NCBI GenBank assembly: GCA_963782505.1
Contig: CAWAKG010000023.1
Location: 10,409 to 74,408, forward strand
Length of the DNA: 64,000 bases
Source: an uncultured Acidobacteriaceae bacterium
GTDB lineage: Bacteria > Acidobacteriota > Terriglobia > Terriglobales > Acidobacteriaceae
Direction of reading: 5' to 3'
The translations under genes were made by a program, and so were the position numbers. Positions within the stretch are counted from its first letter, which is position 1. Every line of letters starts with the position of its first letter. This document shows, piece after piece, positions 9,764 to 18,991 of this stretch. Under the pieces are notes generated by a model that saw only the letters and a list, made by a program, of their open reading frames with translations, was not told the origin of the DNA and searched no databases.

Positions 9764-10495
9764 ATGATGAATCGCAGCTTTGTCCGGATGTGCGTGCTCG
9801 TTACGTGTATCGCGTTGTTCGCGACCATCTCGAGTGCAACGGTAGTTCTTGGCGGCACCGCCCAGACCTACATCGCGCAAGCCCTGCAAACCCTCAACGT
9901 TCAGTACACCGACGTCAACAGCATGTTCGTGGATCCGACCGGCTACGGCGCAGGAGACACCATCATCCTCTCGGAAGACGGCGGAATCGACAACGGTTAC
10001 GATTACACCAACTTCCTGAATGCCGGCGGACACCTCATTCTCATGGGTGGAAGCAACTATGACCCCTACCGCAGCTGGGTTGGTAATTACTTCAACATTA
10101 CCAACACGCAGAACGGCTGGTACCAGGACGGTGCCTGGCACAAGGACGGAAACTACCAGCAGACGCAGTTCATGCCGAACGACTACTCGTTCAATAATCC
10201 GTCCATGACGTATCACATGCTCTCGTTCCTGCCGACGCAGAACACCCTGCTGCTGGGGCATGACGACGAGCCGGCGGAAATTGCCGCCATCCGCGGCTAT
10301 GGGAACGGCGGTTTCTTCTACTACATGGCGTTCGATCCGGGCCCGTACTCAAGCGACCCGGGCGATTTCAATAACTGGACCGTTCCCTTCGTCGAGAGTG
10401 CGCTGGACGCGCAGAGCCCCGTTCCTGAGCCCGGCACCATTGCCCTGCTGGGAACCTCGCTTTTGTCGATGGGCTTCTGGCGCCGCCGGAAGTAG
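9764..10495 (+). CDS. PEP-CTERM sorting-domain secreted protein
   Basis: Internal start MMNRSF follows a GGAGGAGG RBS. Signal peptide present. C-terminus 'VPEPGTIALLGTSLLSMGFWRRRK' is PEP + TM + basic tail. Confidence 0.8.
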   Translation: MMNRSFVRMCVLVTCIALFATISSATVVLGGTAQTYIAQALQTLNVQYTDVNSMFVDPTGYGAGDTIILSEDGGIDNGYDYTNFLNAGGHLILMGGSNYDPYRSWVGNYFNITNTQNGWYQDGAWHKDGNYQQTQFMPNDYSFNNPSMTYHMLSFLPTQNTLLLGHDDEPAEIAAIRGYGNGGFFYYMAFDPGPYSSDPGDFNNWTVPFVESALDAQSPVPEPGTIALLGTSLLSMGFWRRRK

Positions 10496-10536
10496 AGTAT
10501 CTTCGTCGGAGCGTAGCCTTTTATAACTCGAGACCC

Positions 10537-10567
10537 GGGGGATGTGAGTAGCCATCCCCCCTTTTTT
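10537..10567 (+). terminator. Rho-independent terminator after the PEP-CTERM gene
   Basis: Stem GGGGGATG (10537-10544) pairs with CATCCCCC (10553-10560) around an 8-nt loop, followed by a T6 tract (10562-10567). Confidence 0.8.
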
Positions 10568-10577
10568 GGCTTCTTGG

Positions 10578-11333
10578 CTACTGACAGTCTGAGTGCCCTC
10601 CCGTCGTTACCGCCCCGTGCTCCGCGGCCCACTCCAGGAATCCTGATGGCGCATTACGCACCTGCTGGAGGCTGGCTCCCTTCACGCTTTTGATCTTCTG
10701 CCACTTGATGTGCGCCAGATCGGTATTGCCCAGGTCGGCCCCGTCAAATGTCGCGCCGCTCAGATCTGCGCCGCTCAGGTTGGCCGCACAGAAGTCGCCT
10801 TCTCCAAGGTCCGCGTCCTCCAAAACGGCATCGCTCAGGTTGCTGTTGCGAAAGTTCCCCGAATGCAGGTTCGCCGTGCTGAAATCGGCGCGCTTGAAGT
10901 CGCTGTTGCGGGCATCGACCGCATTGAAGTTTGCTCGCACTAACTTGGCCCCCGGCAGACGCACACCTTGCAGGAATGCGCCCGCGACATCCACTCCCAC
11001 AAGAGGAACTCCGTCCATGTTCAGCTCCTGTAGTGCATCGACCCGTCCACCGCTCCCGCCTTTTCCCTGTGCAGTATTGATGACCTGCCACGCCTGATAG
11101 TGCTTTTGCTTCAAGCGGTCACCCGACTCGCTGAAATAGAAGATCACCGCGATCAGAATGGAAAAGCTACCGAGATATTCCAAGGTTTCAAGGAACGCCC
11201 ACCGGCTCAGGAAGTAAGCCAACCAGTCAAACGGATACTCGACTGCGTGCAGCGGAACCATCCACCAGTGTGGTAGTGCCTTACGTCTTTCACGCCACGG
11301 CTCAGGGCGGCTTCTCGGCGCATGCAGGATCAT
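10578..11333 (-). CDS. Membrane-anchored pentapeptide-repeat protein
   Basis: 251 aa with N-terminal TM segments and long A(D/N)LxG-type pentapeptide repeats ('ANLSGADLSGATFDGADLGNTDL'). Confidence 0.8.
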   Translation of the reverse strand: MILHAPRSRPEPWRERRKALPHWWMVPLHAVEYPFDWLAYFLSRWAFLETLEYLGSFSILIAVIFYFSESGDRLKQKHYQAWQVINTAQGKGGSGGRVDALQELNMDGVPLVGVDVAGAFLQGVRLPGAKLVRANFNAVDARNSDFKRADFSTANLHSGNFRNSNLSDAVLEDADLGEGDFCAANLSGADLSGATFDGADLGNTDLAHIKWQKIKSVKGASLQQVRNAPSGFLEWAAEHGAVTTGGHSDCQ

Positions 11334-11581
11334 CGTTTCTCCAGCACTCCTTTATCGTGGAAAACTATTTTTGTGACCATCTGTATGACTCCGGCGGCAG
11401 CATAAAGCAACACGCCTCTTTCGCATTGTGAAAACTCCTGGCAGCTGTAACTTTCTCCCTCCAGATACGTCTTAACGGCCAGCGGTCTGGCGTGGTACAG
11501 TGCTGAACACCAACCGCATGGCGAAATCCAGCGGTCGCCACCTAAGTGGGGGATCGTAGAAATACCTCGGATAGAAAACAT
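11330..11581 (-). CDS. Small Cys-containing hypothetical protein, possibly coupled to the pentapeptide gene
   Basis: 83-aa ORF whose TGA overlaps the ATG of the downstream gene (ATGA). No recognisable motifs. Confidence 0.3.
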   Translation of the reverse strand: MFSIRGISTIPHLGGDRWISPCGWCSALYHARPLAVKTYLEGESYSCQEFSQCERGVLLYAAAGVIQMVTKIVFHDKGVLEKR

Positions 11582-11691
11582 TTGCCTTGCGGGAGCAAAT
11601 CCCGGAAGATTCCCCGCACGTATTCAATCTGGGTGAGGTCACTTCAACTGTGGCCCGCTCCAAAAACAAGAACGGTAGAGGAGAGTAACAC

Positions 11692-11979
11692 ATGACGAAG
11701 TCGATGAAGTCCCTGATGATGGGCGCCGCACTGGCTGGTTTCATGGCTGGTGGCACCCTGGTCGCGCAAACCCATTCCAGCAGCACCACCGTTTCCTCGG
11801 CAGACAACGGCTCGTACGCCGCTGACTTTTCCAAGGACAAGCACGCCTGCAAGGGCCAGAACTCCTGCAAGGGCAAGGGCGGCTGCAAGACGGGCGACAA
11901 CGGCTGCAAGGGCAAGAACTCTTGCAAGGGCAAGGGCGGCTGCGCCACCGACGGCTCCAAGCCGCCTGACCAGCAGTAA
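11692..11979 (+). CDS. bufA: Bufferin-type RiPP precursor (Sec signal peptide plus 6-Cys repeat core)
   Basis: 95 aa with a GAGGAG RBS. Signal peptide 'MTKSMKSLMMGAALAGFMAGGTLVAQT'. Core 'CKGQNSCKGKGGCKTGDNGCKGKNSCKGKGGC' has 6 Cys in CKG-type repeats. Sits directly upstream of a DUF692 gene. Confidence 0.75.
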   Translation: MTKSMKSLMMGAALAGFMAGGTLVAQTHSSSTTVSSADNGSYAADFSKDKHACKGQNSCKGKGGCKTGDNGCKGKNSCKGKGGCATDGSKPPDQQ

Positions 11980-12057
11980 CCCGGTCCATCAACCACAGGG
12001 CCGGAGCTGGCAGGCTTCGGCCTTCTAAGGTTTTCGAAGTTCCTGTTCTGAGCATTT

Positions 12058-12900
12058 ATGCCAGCCAATCGCTTTAACGGATTTACGCAGTACGGTGTTG
12101 GGATCGGCTTGCGCATCCCCCATTACAACCACATCCTGGAGAAAAAACCGGTCGTCGACTGGTTCGAAATCATCTCCGAAAATTTCATGGTCGATGGTGG
12201 CCGTCCGCTGCACATCCTCGACCAGATTCTTGAGCAGTACCGCGTCGTGCAGCACGGCGTGTCGATGTACTTCGGCTCGGTCGAGCCGCTCAACCGCGAG
12301 CACCTGAAGCGCCTGAAGGCGCTGGTGCGCCGCACCAATACGCCCTGGCTGTCGGACCACCTCTGCTGGGGCAGCGTTGACGGCAGCTACTCGCACGACC
12401 TTCTGCCTATGCCGTACACGTTCGAGGCGGCGGACAAGACCGCGCAGAAGATTCGCCAGGTGCGCGACTTTGTGGAAGTTCCGGTGGTGGTCGAAAACGT
12501 CAGCAGCTACGCTGAGTTTCACGCCTCGGAGATGACGGAGTGGCAATTCCTCACTGAGGTGGTGGAGCGCGCCGACTGCGGCATTCTGCTCGACGTCAAC
12601 AACATCTATGTCTCATCGCGCAACCACAGCTTCGATCCTTACGAATATGTCAACAGCGTACCCCATGAGCGCGTCGCACAGATCCACATCGCCGGCCATT
12701 CCAAGTACGAGAAATACATCCTCGATACGCACGATCATCCCGTGATAGATCCGGTATGGGACCTGTACGCGCGCGCTATCGAACTTATCGGCCCGACCGC
12801 CACTTTGCTGGAGTGGGACGACCACATTCCCTCCTTTGACGAGGTCCACAACGAGGCGCTCAAGGCAAACCGCTATGTCGCCGAAAAGGTGGGTGCCTAA
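12058..12900 (+). CDS. bufB: DUF692/MNIO-family (multinuclear non-heme iron oxidative) RiPP-modifying enzyme
   Basis: 280 aa. 'GIGLRIPHY...WFEIISENF...VVQHGVSMYFGS...LSDHLCW...ENVSSY...LDVNNIYVS...HIAGH' matches the conserved DUF692/MbnB-like TIM-barrel pattern. Confidence 0.85.
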   Translation: MPANRFNGFTQYGVGIGLRIPHYNHILEKKPVVDWFEIISENFMVDGGRPLHILDQILEQYRVVQHGVSMYFGSVEPLNREHLKRLKALVRRTNTPWLSDHLCWGSVDGSYSHDLLPMPYTFEAADKTAQKIRQVRDFVEVPVVVENVSSYAEFHASEMTEWQFLTEVVERADCGILLDVNNIYVSSRNHSFDPYEYVNSVPHERVAQIHIAGHSKYEKYILDTHDHPVIDPVWDLYARAIELIGPTATLLEWDDHIPSFDEVHNEALKANRYVAEKVGA

Positions 12901-13766
12901 TGTCGCTCGATCACATCCAGCGCAGCATGTTCGACGCCATCCGCCAGCCCCTCACCGCGGACGAAAATATGCGGCAGCGCTCGCGCGATGGCAAATCCAT
13001 GCGCGCGATGGCTGACGAGATCATCAAGCCTAACGACCGGCTCACCTCGTTCGAGCGTCTGGAGATCTACAACCGTCAGTACTGGTTCCGCATTCTCTCC
13101 GCGCTGTCGGAAGACTTCCCCGGCCTGCGCGCCATCATCGGCGAGAAGCAGTTCGACAAAATGGCGGTCGAGTATCTGTACGAATGTCCGTCGTGTTCCT
13201 TCACGCTGCGCAATCTCGGCTCACGCCTGGAATCGTGGCTGCGCCTGCATCCCCAGCACATCGCGGGCAACGAAGAGATCGCGCTCGACATGGTGCGCCT
13301 GGAGTGGGCGGAAATCGAGGCCTTCGACGAAGCCGCCCGGCCACGTCTCAGCGAAGCCGACCTGCCTTTGCTCGGACCTGATCCCAGGTTCAAGCTGCAA
13401 CCTCACATCCGGTTGCTCGACTTGAGCTATCCGGTGGACGATCTGCTAATTCGCGTTCGCCGCGAGCTGGACGAAACCGACATCGTGAGCAACGCCGTTG
13501 CAGAGCGCGTGCACTCCGGGCAGAGACGGCGCCGGCTGCCCGGGCCCGAGAAGATCTTCCTCGCGGTCCATCGCGCTGACAACAGCGTCTTCTTTAAGCG
13601 GGTCGACGAAGAAGCGTTCACCATCCTGGTTGCGCTGCACGACGGCAAGAGTCTTTCCGACGCCGTCGATAAGGTAGACTGGAGCGGCCGCAACCTCGAA
13701 GAAGCCATGGGCGACGTTCAAAACTGGTTCGCCTATTGGTCCGCACAAGGATGGTTTTGCAAGTAA
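12900..13766 (+). CDS. bufC: DUF2063-family partner protein of the MNIO enzyme
   Basis: 288 aa. The start overlaps the bufB stop (TAATG). 'RLEIYNRQYWFRILSALSEDFPGL' is characteristic of DUF2063. Confidence 0.75.
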   Translation: MSLDHIQRSMFDAIRQPLTADENMRQRSRDGKSMRAMADEIIKPNDRLTSFERLEIYNRQYWFRILSALSEDFPGLRAIIGEKQFDKMAVEYLYECPSCSFTLRNLGSRLESWLRLHPQHIAGNEEIALDMVRLEWAEIEAFDEAARPRLSEADLPLLGPDPRFKLQPHIRLLDLSYPVDDLLIRVRRELDETDIVSNAVAERVHSGQRRRRLPGPEKIFLAVHRADNSVFFKRVDEEAFTILVALHDGKSLSDAVDKVDWSGRNLEEAMGDVQNWFAYWSAQGWFCK

Positions 13767-13818
13767 CTTTCTGGGAAATTCCGAATCCCACGTCTGCAAC
13801 TCACCCTGGGAATAAAAC

Positions 13819-14289
13819 ATGAATGCATTGCAAAAGCTGTACTCTCTGCTCGTAACCTGTGCCAACTCCCTGCAGTCGTTGTTTCTGCTGTTTGTGCGGC
13901 TCTACTGGGGATGGCAGTTCGCAGTCGACGGCTGGGGTAAATTGCACAACCTCGGGAGAGTGACCGAATACTTCGGCACCCTGGGATTGCCGGCGCCCGG
14001 CCCCACAGCACTGTTTATCTCAATCCTGGAGCTGGTTGGCGGACTTCTGCTTGCGCTAGGACTCGGAACTCGCTTCATCGCTCTGTTGCTCGCGGGCAAC
14101 ATGACCGTGGCCTACATCACCGGCGATCGCGAGGCATTGATGTCCTTCTTCTCCGATCCCGACAAGTTCATCGCCGCGGCACCGTTTTCGTACTGGATGG
14201 CGTCGCTGATCATCCTGTTCTTCGGTCCGGGACAATACTCGCTCGACGCTTTGATTGATCGCATGCGCTCTTCTCGACATCCAATGTAG
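13819..14289 (+). CDS. DoxX-family membrane protein
   Basis: 156 aa with four TM segments. 'LFLLFVRLYWGWQFAVDGWGKL...LELVGGLLLALGLGTR' is the DoxX pattern. Confidence 0.8.
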   Translation: MNALQKLYSLLVTCANSLQSLFLLFVRLYWGWQFAVDGWGKLHNLGRVTEYFGTLGLPAPGPTALFISILELVGGLLLALGLGTRFIALLLAGNMTVAYITGDREALMSFFSDPDKFIAAAPFSYWMASLIILFFGPGQYSLDALIDRMRSSRHPM

Positions 14290-15285
14290 ATGCCGCAAAT
14301 CCCAGGCTCGCCGGCGGACCAACGCGAGCGATTGGCCGGTAGCCGTAACTTGAAGGTTCGTTTCTTGCTGGCGATTTTCGCTGTAGGCGCTGCCCTGCTG
14401 CTGGCTACCTTTGTGTCGCGACCCGTTTCCGCAATTTCCACGCAAACCGTATCCGCATGCGGCTCAACGATTGATGTCCGCTTCGACAATGATTCCACCA
14501 GCCTCTCCAATGAGGTGCTGCTGAACTGGATCCGGCGTGCCTCGACTGCGGTCTGCACCTACTATGGCAAATTCCCCGTTCCGCAGCTCAGGCTCCAGGT
14601 GCATGTGCGCGGCACTGACGGCGTGCAGCATGGTGTGACCTACCCTGCCGACAACGGCGGACTCATCCGTATCTCCGTAGGCGCCGCGACCACTCAGGCT
14701 GAGCTGGACAACGATTGGATGCTGACGCACGAAATGATCCACCTCGCCTTTCCCTCCATGGCGGAAAACCACCACTGGATCGAAGAAGGCATCTCGACCT
14801 ATGTGGAGCCGATCGCCCGAGTGCAGGCCGGCCAGCTCTCGGCGGCGAAGATGTGGAGCGATGTCGTCCGCGACATGCCGCAAGGCGAACCCGAGGCTGG
14901 CGACCGTGGCCTCGATCAGACTCCCACGTGGGGCCGCACCTACTGGGGCGGAGCCATGTTCTGTCTCATGGCGGATGTCCATATCCGCGAACAGACGCAC
15001 AATCGCAAAGGCCTGCGGGATGCGCTCCGCGGAATTCTGAATGCCGGCGGCAACATCACGCAGGACTGGGAGATTGAGCAGGCATTCGCCCAGGGAGATA
15101 AGGCCACCGGCACCACCGTGCTTACCGATCTCTACCACCAGATGCGCAACCAACCGGCGCCGGTCGACCTGAAAGACCTCTGGCAGAAACTTGGTATCCA
15201 GCACCAGCCCGACGGCACTGTCGAGTTCCGGCAGAACGCTCCTTTGGCGAATGTTCGCGAAGCCATCACCCGCCCGATGAACTAG
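14290..15285 (+). CDS. Predicted gluzincin metallopeptidase (HExxH...E), membrane-anchored or secreted
   Basis: 331 aa with an N-terminal TM/signal and 'THEMIHLAFPSMAENHHWIEEGISTY' (HEMIH plus a downstream Glu, M1/M61-like). Abuts the DoxX stop. Confidence 0.55.
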   Translation: MPQIPGSPADQRERLAGSRNLKVRFLLAIFAVGAALLLATFVSRPVSAISTQTVSACGSTIDVRFDNDSTSLSNEVLLNWIRRASTAVCTYYGKFPVPQLRLQVHVRGTDGVQHGVTYPADNGGLIRISVGAATTQAELDNDWMLTHEMIHLAFPSMAENHHWIEEGISTYVEPIARVQAGQLSAAKMWSDVVRDMPQGEPEAGDRGLDQTPTWGRTYWGGAMFCLMADVHIREQTHNRKGLRDALRGILNAGGNITQDWEIEQAFAQGDKATGTTVLTDLYHQMRNQPAPVDLKDLWQKLGIQHQPDGTVEFRQNAPLANVREAITRPMN

Positions 15286-15445
15286 ACCTGCTCTCCTTGT
15301 CCTTTTTGCGGAATCTGGGCTTGTAGTTGCTGGCAACTTCATGGCTGGATGGCGAATCCCACGATGGGAGGCGTTAGTACGAACGCCGCTGTCGGAGTCG
15401 CGTTCACCTGGCAAACGCTTGCTATAATTTGGGTCTCCCCGCCTA

Positions 15446-16984
15446 GTGTCCCGGGATTGCTCTATGCCGTCCTCTGAATCCAAGGCAAGTGAAGAAGCGT
15501 TGAGTGCATCAAAGATGGCCCGTAGCCTCGAGGAGCATGCAGCTCAACTGGAGTCCCTGTTCGCCAACGCTCCCGTGGGCCTTGCCTTTCTCGATCGCGA
15601 GCACCGTTATCTTCGCCTCAATGAGCGGCTCGCGGAGATCAATGGCGTGCCAGCGGAAGCTCACATTGGGCGCCGCGTCTCCGACGTGCTGCCGGTCAGC
15701 GCCCATATCCTCGACCCGATTCTCGAAGAAGTCTTTCGCACCGGCCGGCCGGTCATGCGCGAGGTTGCGGGTGAAACTCCCAAAGAACCCGGCGTCACGC
15801 GTCATTGGCTGACCGGCTTCTTCCCGGTCTTCAGCGGGGACTCCCAGCCCAGTGCCATAGGCGCTTATGTTATCGAGGTCACCGACCGCATTCGCGCCGA
15901 GGATGCACTCCGTCACAGCGAAGAGCGTTTTCGCGCTTTCGTCAATGCCAGCTCCGATGTCGTCTACCGCATGAACGCCGATTGGAGCGAGATGCGCCAA
16001 CTCGAAGGCCGCGGCCTTATCGCTGACACCGCAACCTGCAGGCAAGACTGGCTCCACGAATACATTCACCCTGACGATCACAAACAGATGCTGAAGGCGA
16101 TTGCCCACGCGATCCGGGCCCGCAGGATGTTTGAACTGGAGCACCGCGTGCGGCGTATGGACGGCACTCTGGGATGGGTGCTGTCGCGAGCTGTTCCGAT
16201 TTTCAGCTGGGACGGCAAGATCATTGAGTGGTTCGGCACAGCCAGCGATATTACCGCGCACAAGAAGGCTGAGGAGGCCCTGATTCGCAGCGAGAAGCTG
16301 GCGTCCGTGGGACGCATGGCTTCCACCATCGCCCACGAGATCAACAACCCGCTCGCCGCAGTGATGAATCTCCTGTTCCTTGCACAGAATGATCCCGATT
16401 GCCCGGACTCAGTGCGGCGGGACTTGGCGAGGGCGGAGTCCGAGCTCAAGCGCGTTTCTCATATCACCCGGCAGGTGCTCGGCTTCTACCGCGACTCCCG
16501 GCTTCCCGGCCCGGTCTCTCTCTGCACCATTCTCGACGAGGCGCTGTGCCTGTTTGAGGCGAGAATCGTCGCCAAGGGGATTGGGATTGACAAACGCTAC
16601 ACCGAAGACCGCCGCATCACCGGCTTGGCTGGAGACTTGCGACAGATCTTCGCCAACCTGATCGCTAATAGCCTGGATGCCCTTCCCGAGGGCGGTACTT
16701 TGACGCTGCGTGTTGCGGGGACGGCATGGCAGGGCAAGCCGGTCGCCCGTGTCACCATCGCCGATAATGGTGGCGGCATTGACCGCTCGGCCTTGCCCCA
16801 CATCTTCGAACCGCTGTTCACCACCAAGGAATCCACCGGCACCGGTCTCGGATTGTGGGTAAGCAAGCAGTTGGTCGAAAAACATGGCGGTTCCATCCGT
16901 TTCCGTTCCAGCACTCGACCCCCACGCCCCGGAACCACCTTTGTGATCGACCTGCCTGCGGTTTCTGTTGACTCGCCTTCCTGA
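15446..16984 (+). CDS. PAS-domain sensor histidine kinase (no adjacent response regulator)
   Basis: 512 aa with two PAS-like segments, H-box 'STIAHEINNPLAAV' and ATPase motifs 'DNGGGI' and 'GTGLGLWV'. Confidence 0.9.
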   Translation: MSRDCSMPSSESKASEEALSASKMARSLEEHAAQLESLFANAPVGLAFLDREHRYLRLNERLAEINGVPAEAHIGRRVSDVLPVSAHILDPILEEVFRTGRPVMREVAGETPKEPGVTRHWLTGFFPVFSGDSQPSAIGAYVIEVTDRIRAEDALRHSEERFRAFVNASSDVVYRMNADWSEMRQLEGRGLIADTATCRQDWLHEYIHPDDHKQMLKAIAHAIRARRMFELEHRVRRMDGTLGWVLSRAVPIFSWDGKIIEWFGTASDITAHKKAEEALIRSEKLASVGRMASTIAHEINNPLAAVMNLLFLAQNDPDCPDSVRRDLARAESELKRVSHITRQVLGFYRDSRLPGPVSLCTILDEALCLFEARIVAKGIGIDKRYTEDRRITGLAGDLRQIFANLIANSLDALPEGGTLTLRVAGTAWQGKPVARVTIADNGGGIDRSALPHIFEPLFTTKESTGTGLGLWVSKQLVEKHGGSIRFRSSTRPPRPGTTFVIDLPAVSVDSPS

Positions 16985-17150
16985 CGAGCATACGATTTTC
17001 CAGCAACGGGTAGAGGGAAAGGAGCGCTTTCCCTATGGCTGAGTGTGTCGCCTTCTGCCCATTCCCTTGCCTCCCAACCTTCAGGTGGGGGCGGCTTCCC
17101 TCACATCCTTCTCTCATCTGCCTTCCCATGCGCCCTACACGGAGTCGCCA

Positions 17151-18920
17151 ATGACGGAAGTCACGCATGATCTCGCATCCCTCGTCGAGCACTTGAACGA
17201 CCGAGTGATGGAATTGGAGCAGCGCGTCTCCAGCCTGGAGGCTGCCCGTCAGGCTACCCCGCCCAAAGTTGCTACGCCGCGACCCGCCTTGGAGGGGCTC
17301 AAGCCTTCGGCCGCGCGGAAGGGCCCCCGGCCCGCAGAGCGTCCTGCTGGAGCAATCCCTGTGCTCGGCAAGGCGGTGCTCGCCATGGCCGGGGCTTACC
17401 TGTTGCGCGCCGTAGCCGAGTCGAGCCTGATGCCCAGAACCCTGGTGCTGATCGTCGCCATCCTCTATGCCTACGGATGGCTGGTGTGGGCGGCGCGCCT
17501 GTCGAGTCAACGTTTCGCCAGCGCGACTTACGCGATAACATCTGCCCTCATTCTCTCGCCGTTGCTTTGGGAATCCACGGTCCGGTTCCAGGCGCTTTCT
17601 CCGGCAGTCGCGGGTCTGATGCTGGCGGCCTTCGTCGTCTTGAGCTTCGTGATCTCCTGGCGTCGGCAGTTGCAACTTATTCCCTGGATCGCGATTCTGA
17701 TGGCGGTTGTAACTGCGCTGGCCCTCATCGTCGAAACCCGCGAATTTGTCCCGCTCATTAGTGCCCTGTTATTCATCGCTATGGCTGCCGAACTGGCTGC
17801 CTGTCTGGGGCGGGAATTCAAAGCGCGCACGGCGGCCGCTGTCGCTTGCGACTTTGCCCTGGCGCTGCTGTTACTGATGGTCGCTTCTCCCGAGGGCATT
17901 GGTCAGGGCTTTCATCCGGCCAGTTCCGCTGCTTTGATCGCTTTGAGCGCCGGCCTGCTGGCCATATACGGCGGGAGCATCGGAATTCGCGTTCTCGGCC
18001 GGCGGCAGCGGATCACCATCTTCGAAGTCGTGCAGAGCGTTCTGGCGTTCGTCATTTCCACTGTCGGACTCTTACTTGCAACGCACGGCGCCGTGGCTCC
18101 GGTGCTTGGCGTTCTCTATCTCGCGCTGGCTCTGGTTTGCTACTGGGGAACTCTGTCGCGTTTCCTCGACCAACCATACAACCGCAATCGGCGCGTGTTC
18201 GCCAATTGGGCCGGCGCGCTGCTGATCGTGGGCAGTTTCCTGCTGCTGCCCGCCAACTTCGCCATCGCCTTTCTTTCCCTGGGGGCGATCATCTCCGCGG
18301 TGTGGTACGCCCGCAGCGGAAAGATCAGTCTCGGCCTGCATGCTTCGCTATTTCTGCTGGCAGCCGCCGCGGTCTCCCCCTTGCCTGCATATTTGCTGAA
18401 GGCGCTGGCTTCTGTTGTTCCCGGCGCACCGAGCTGGACGGTTTGGATCGTCGCCGCTTCCTCTGCTTTCTGTTACCTCATCGGATCGCGCAGGCTGGAA
18501 GAGAAACGCAGCCGGAGGGCGCTTTGGCTGGTGCCTGCTCTTCTGTTCAGCTTTACCGCAGCGGCCCTGCTCGACGTGGCCGTCGTTGGGCTCGCCTATG
18601 GTCATCTCGGGCTCAGCCCTTCCCGGCTGTCGGTGGTGCGCACCATAGTGAACTGCGCGCTGGCTCTCGGGCTTGGCTATCTCAGCCTGCGCTTCAATCG
18701 GGTGGAACTGCGCTGGGTGGCATACATCGCGCTGGCCTTCGGCACACTGAAGCTGCTGTTTGAAGACCTGCGCTTCGGCAATCCCGCATCGCTGGTGCTC
18801 TCGCTTCTGTTCTACGGATTGGTGCTGATCCTGCTGCCGCGCATGACCCGGCGCAGAGACGCGGAACTCGAAACCACCGAGGAGGGTGAGGACCCCAGGC
18901 CGGTGGAGACAGCTAGATAA
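17151..18920 (+). CDS. Polytopic membrane protein, DUF2339-like
   Basis: Internal start MTEVTHDL follows GGAG. N-terminal coiled segment 'LEQRVSSLEAAR' is followed by more than 12 predicted TM helices. Confidence 0.55.
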   Translation: MTEVTHDLASLVEHLNDRVMELEQRVSSLEAARQATPPKVATPRPALEGLKPSAARKGPRPAERPAGAIPVLGKAVLAMAGAYLLRAVAESSLMPRTLVLIVAILYAYGWLVWAARLSSQRFASATYAITSALILSPLLWESTVRFQALSPAVAGLMLAAFVVLSFVISWRRQLQLIPWIAILMAVVTALALIVETREFVPLISALLFIAMAAELAACLGREFKARTAAAVACDFALALLLLMVASPEGIGQGFHPASSAALIALSAGLLAIYGGSIGIRVLGRRQRITIFEVVQSVLAFVISTVGLLLATHGAVAPVLGVLYLALALVCYWGTLSRFLDQPYNRNRRVFANWAGALLIVGSFLLLPANFAIAFLSLGAIISAVWYARSGKISLGLHASLFLLAAAAVSPLPAYLLKALASVVPGAPSWTVWIVAASSAFCYLIGSRRLEEKRSRRALWLVPALLFSFTAAALLDVAVVGLAYGHLGLSPSRLSVVRTIVNCALALGLGYLSLRFNRVELRWVAYIALAFGTLKLLFEDLRFGNPASLVLSLLFYGLVLILLPRMTRRRDAELETTEEGEDPRPVETAR

Positions 18921-18991
18921 CGCTCGCGCGGCAACGACAGGTTACGGCGGCGACGCATGCTTCTTCATGTGTGTTGCCGATTCGCCTTCGT

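Noticed and set aside
11980-12057. Attenuator hairpin between the bufferin precursor and the MNIO gene
   Set aside because: Only a weak 5-bp GGCCG/CGGCC pairing with a long loop and no T-tract. This is not convincing.
14464-15483. Long antisense ORFs in GC-rich genes (also 20663..21745, 33725..34612, 46856..47926, 50969..52069, 52138..53288, 62079..63233 and others in the track)
   Set aside because: They lie opposite genes with clear family motifs and have Arg/Ala/Gly/Pro-rich junk composition. Such ORFs are the expected by-product of high GC content.
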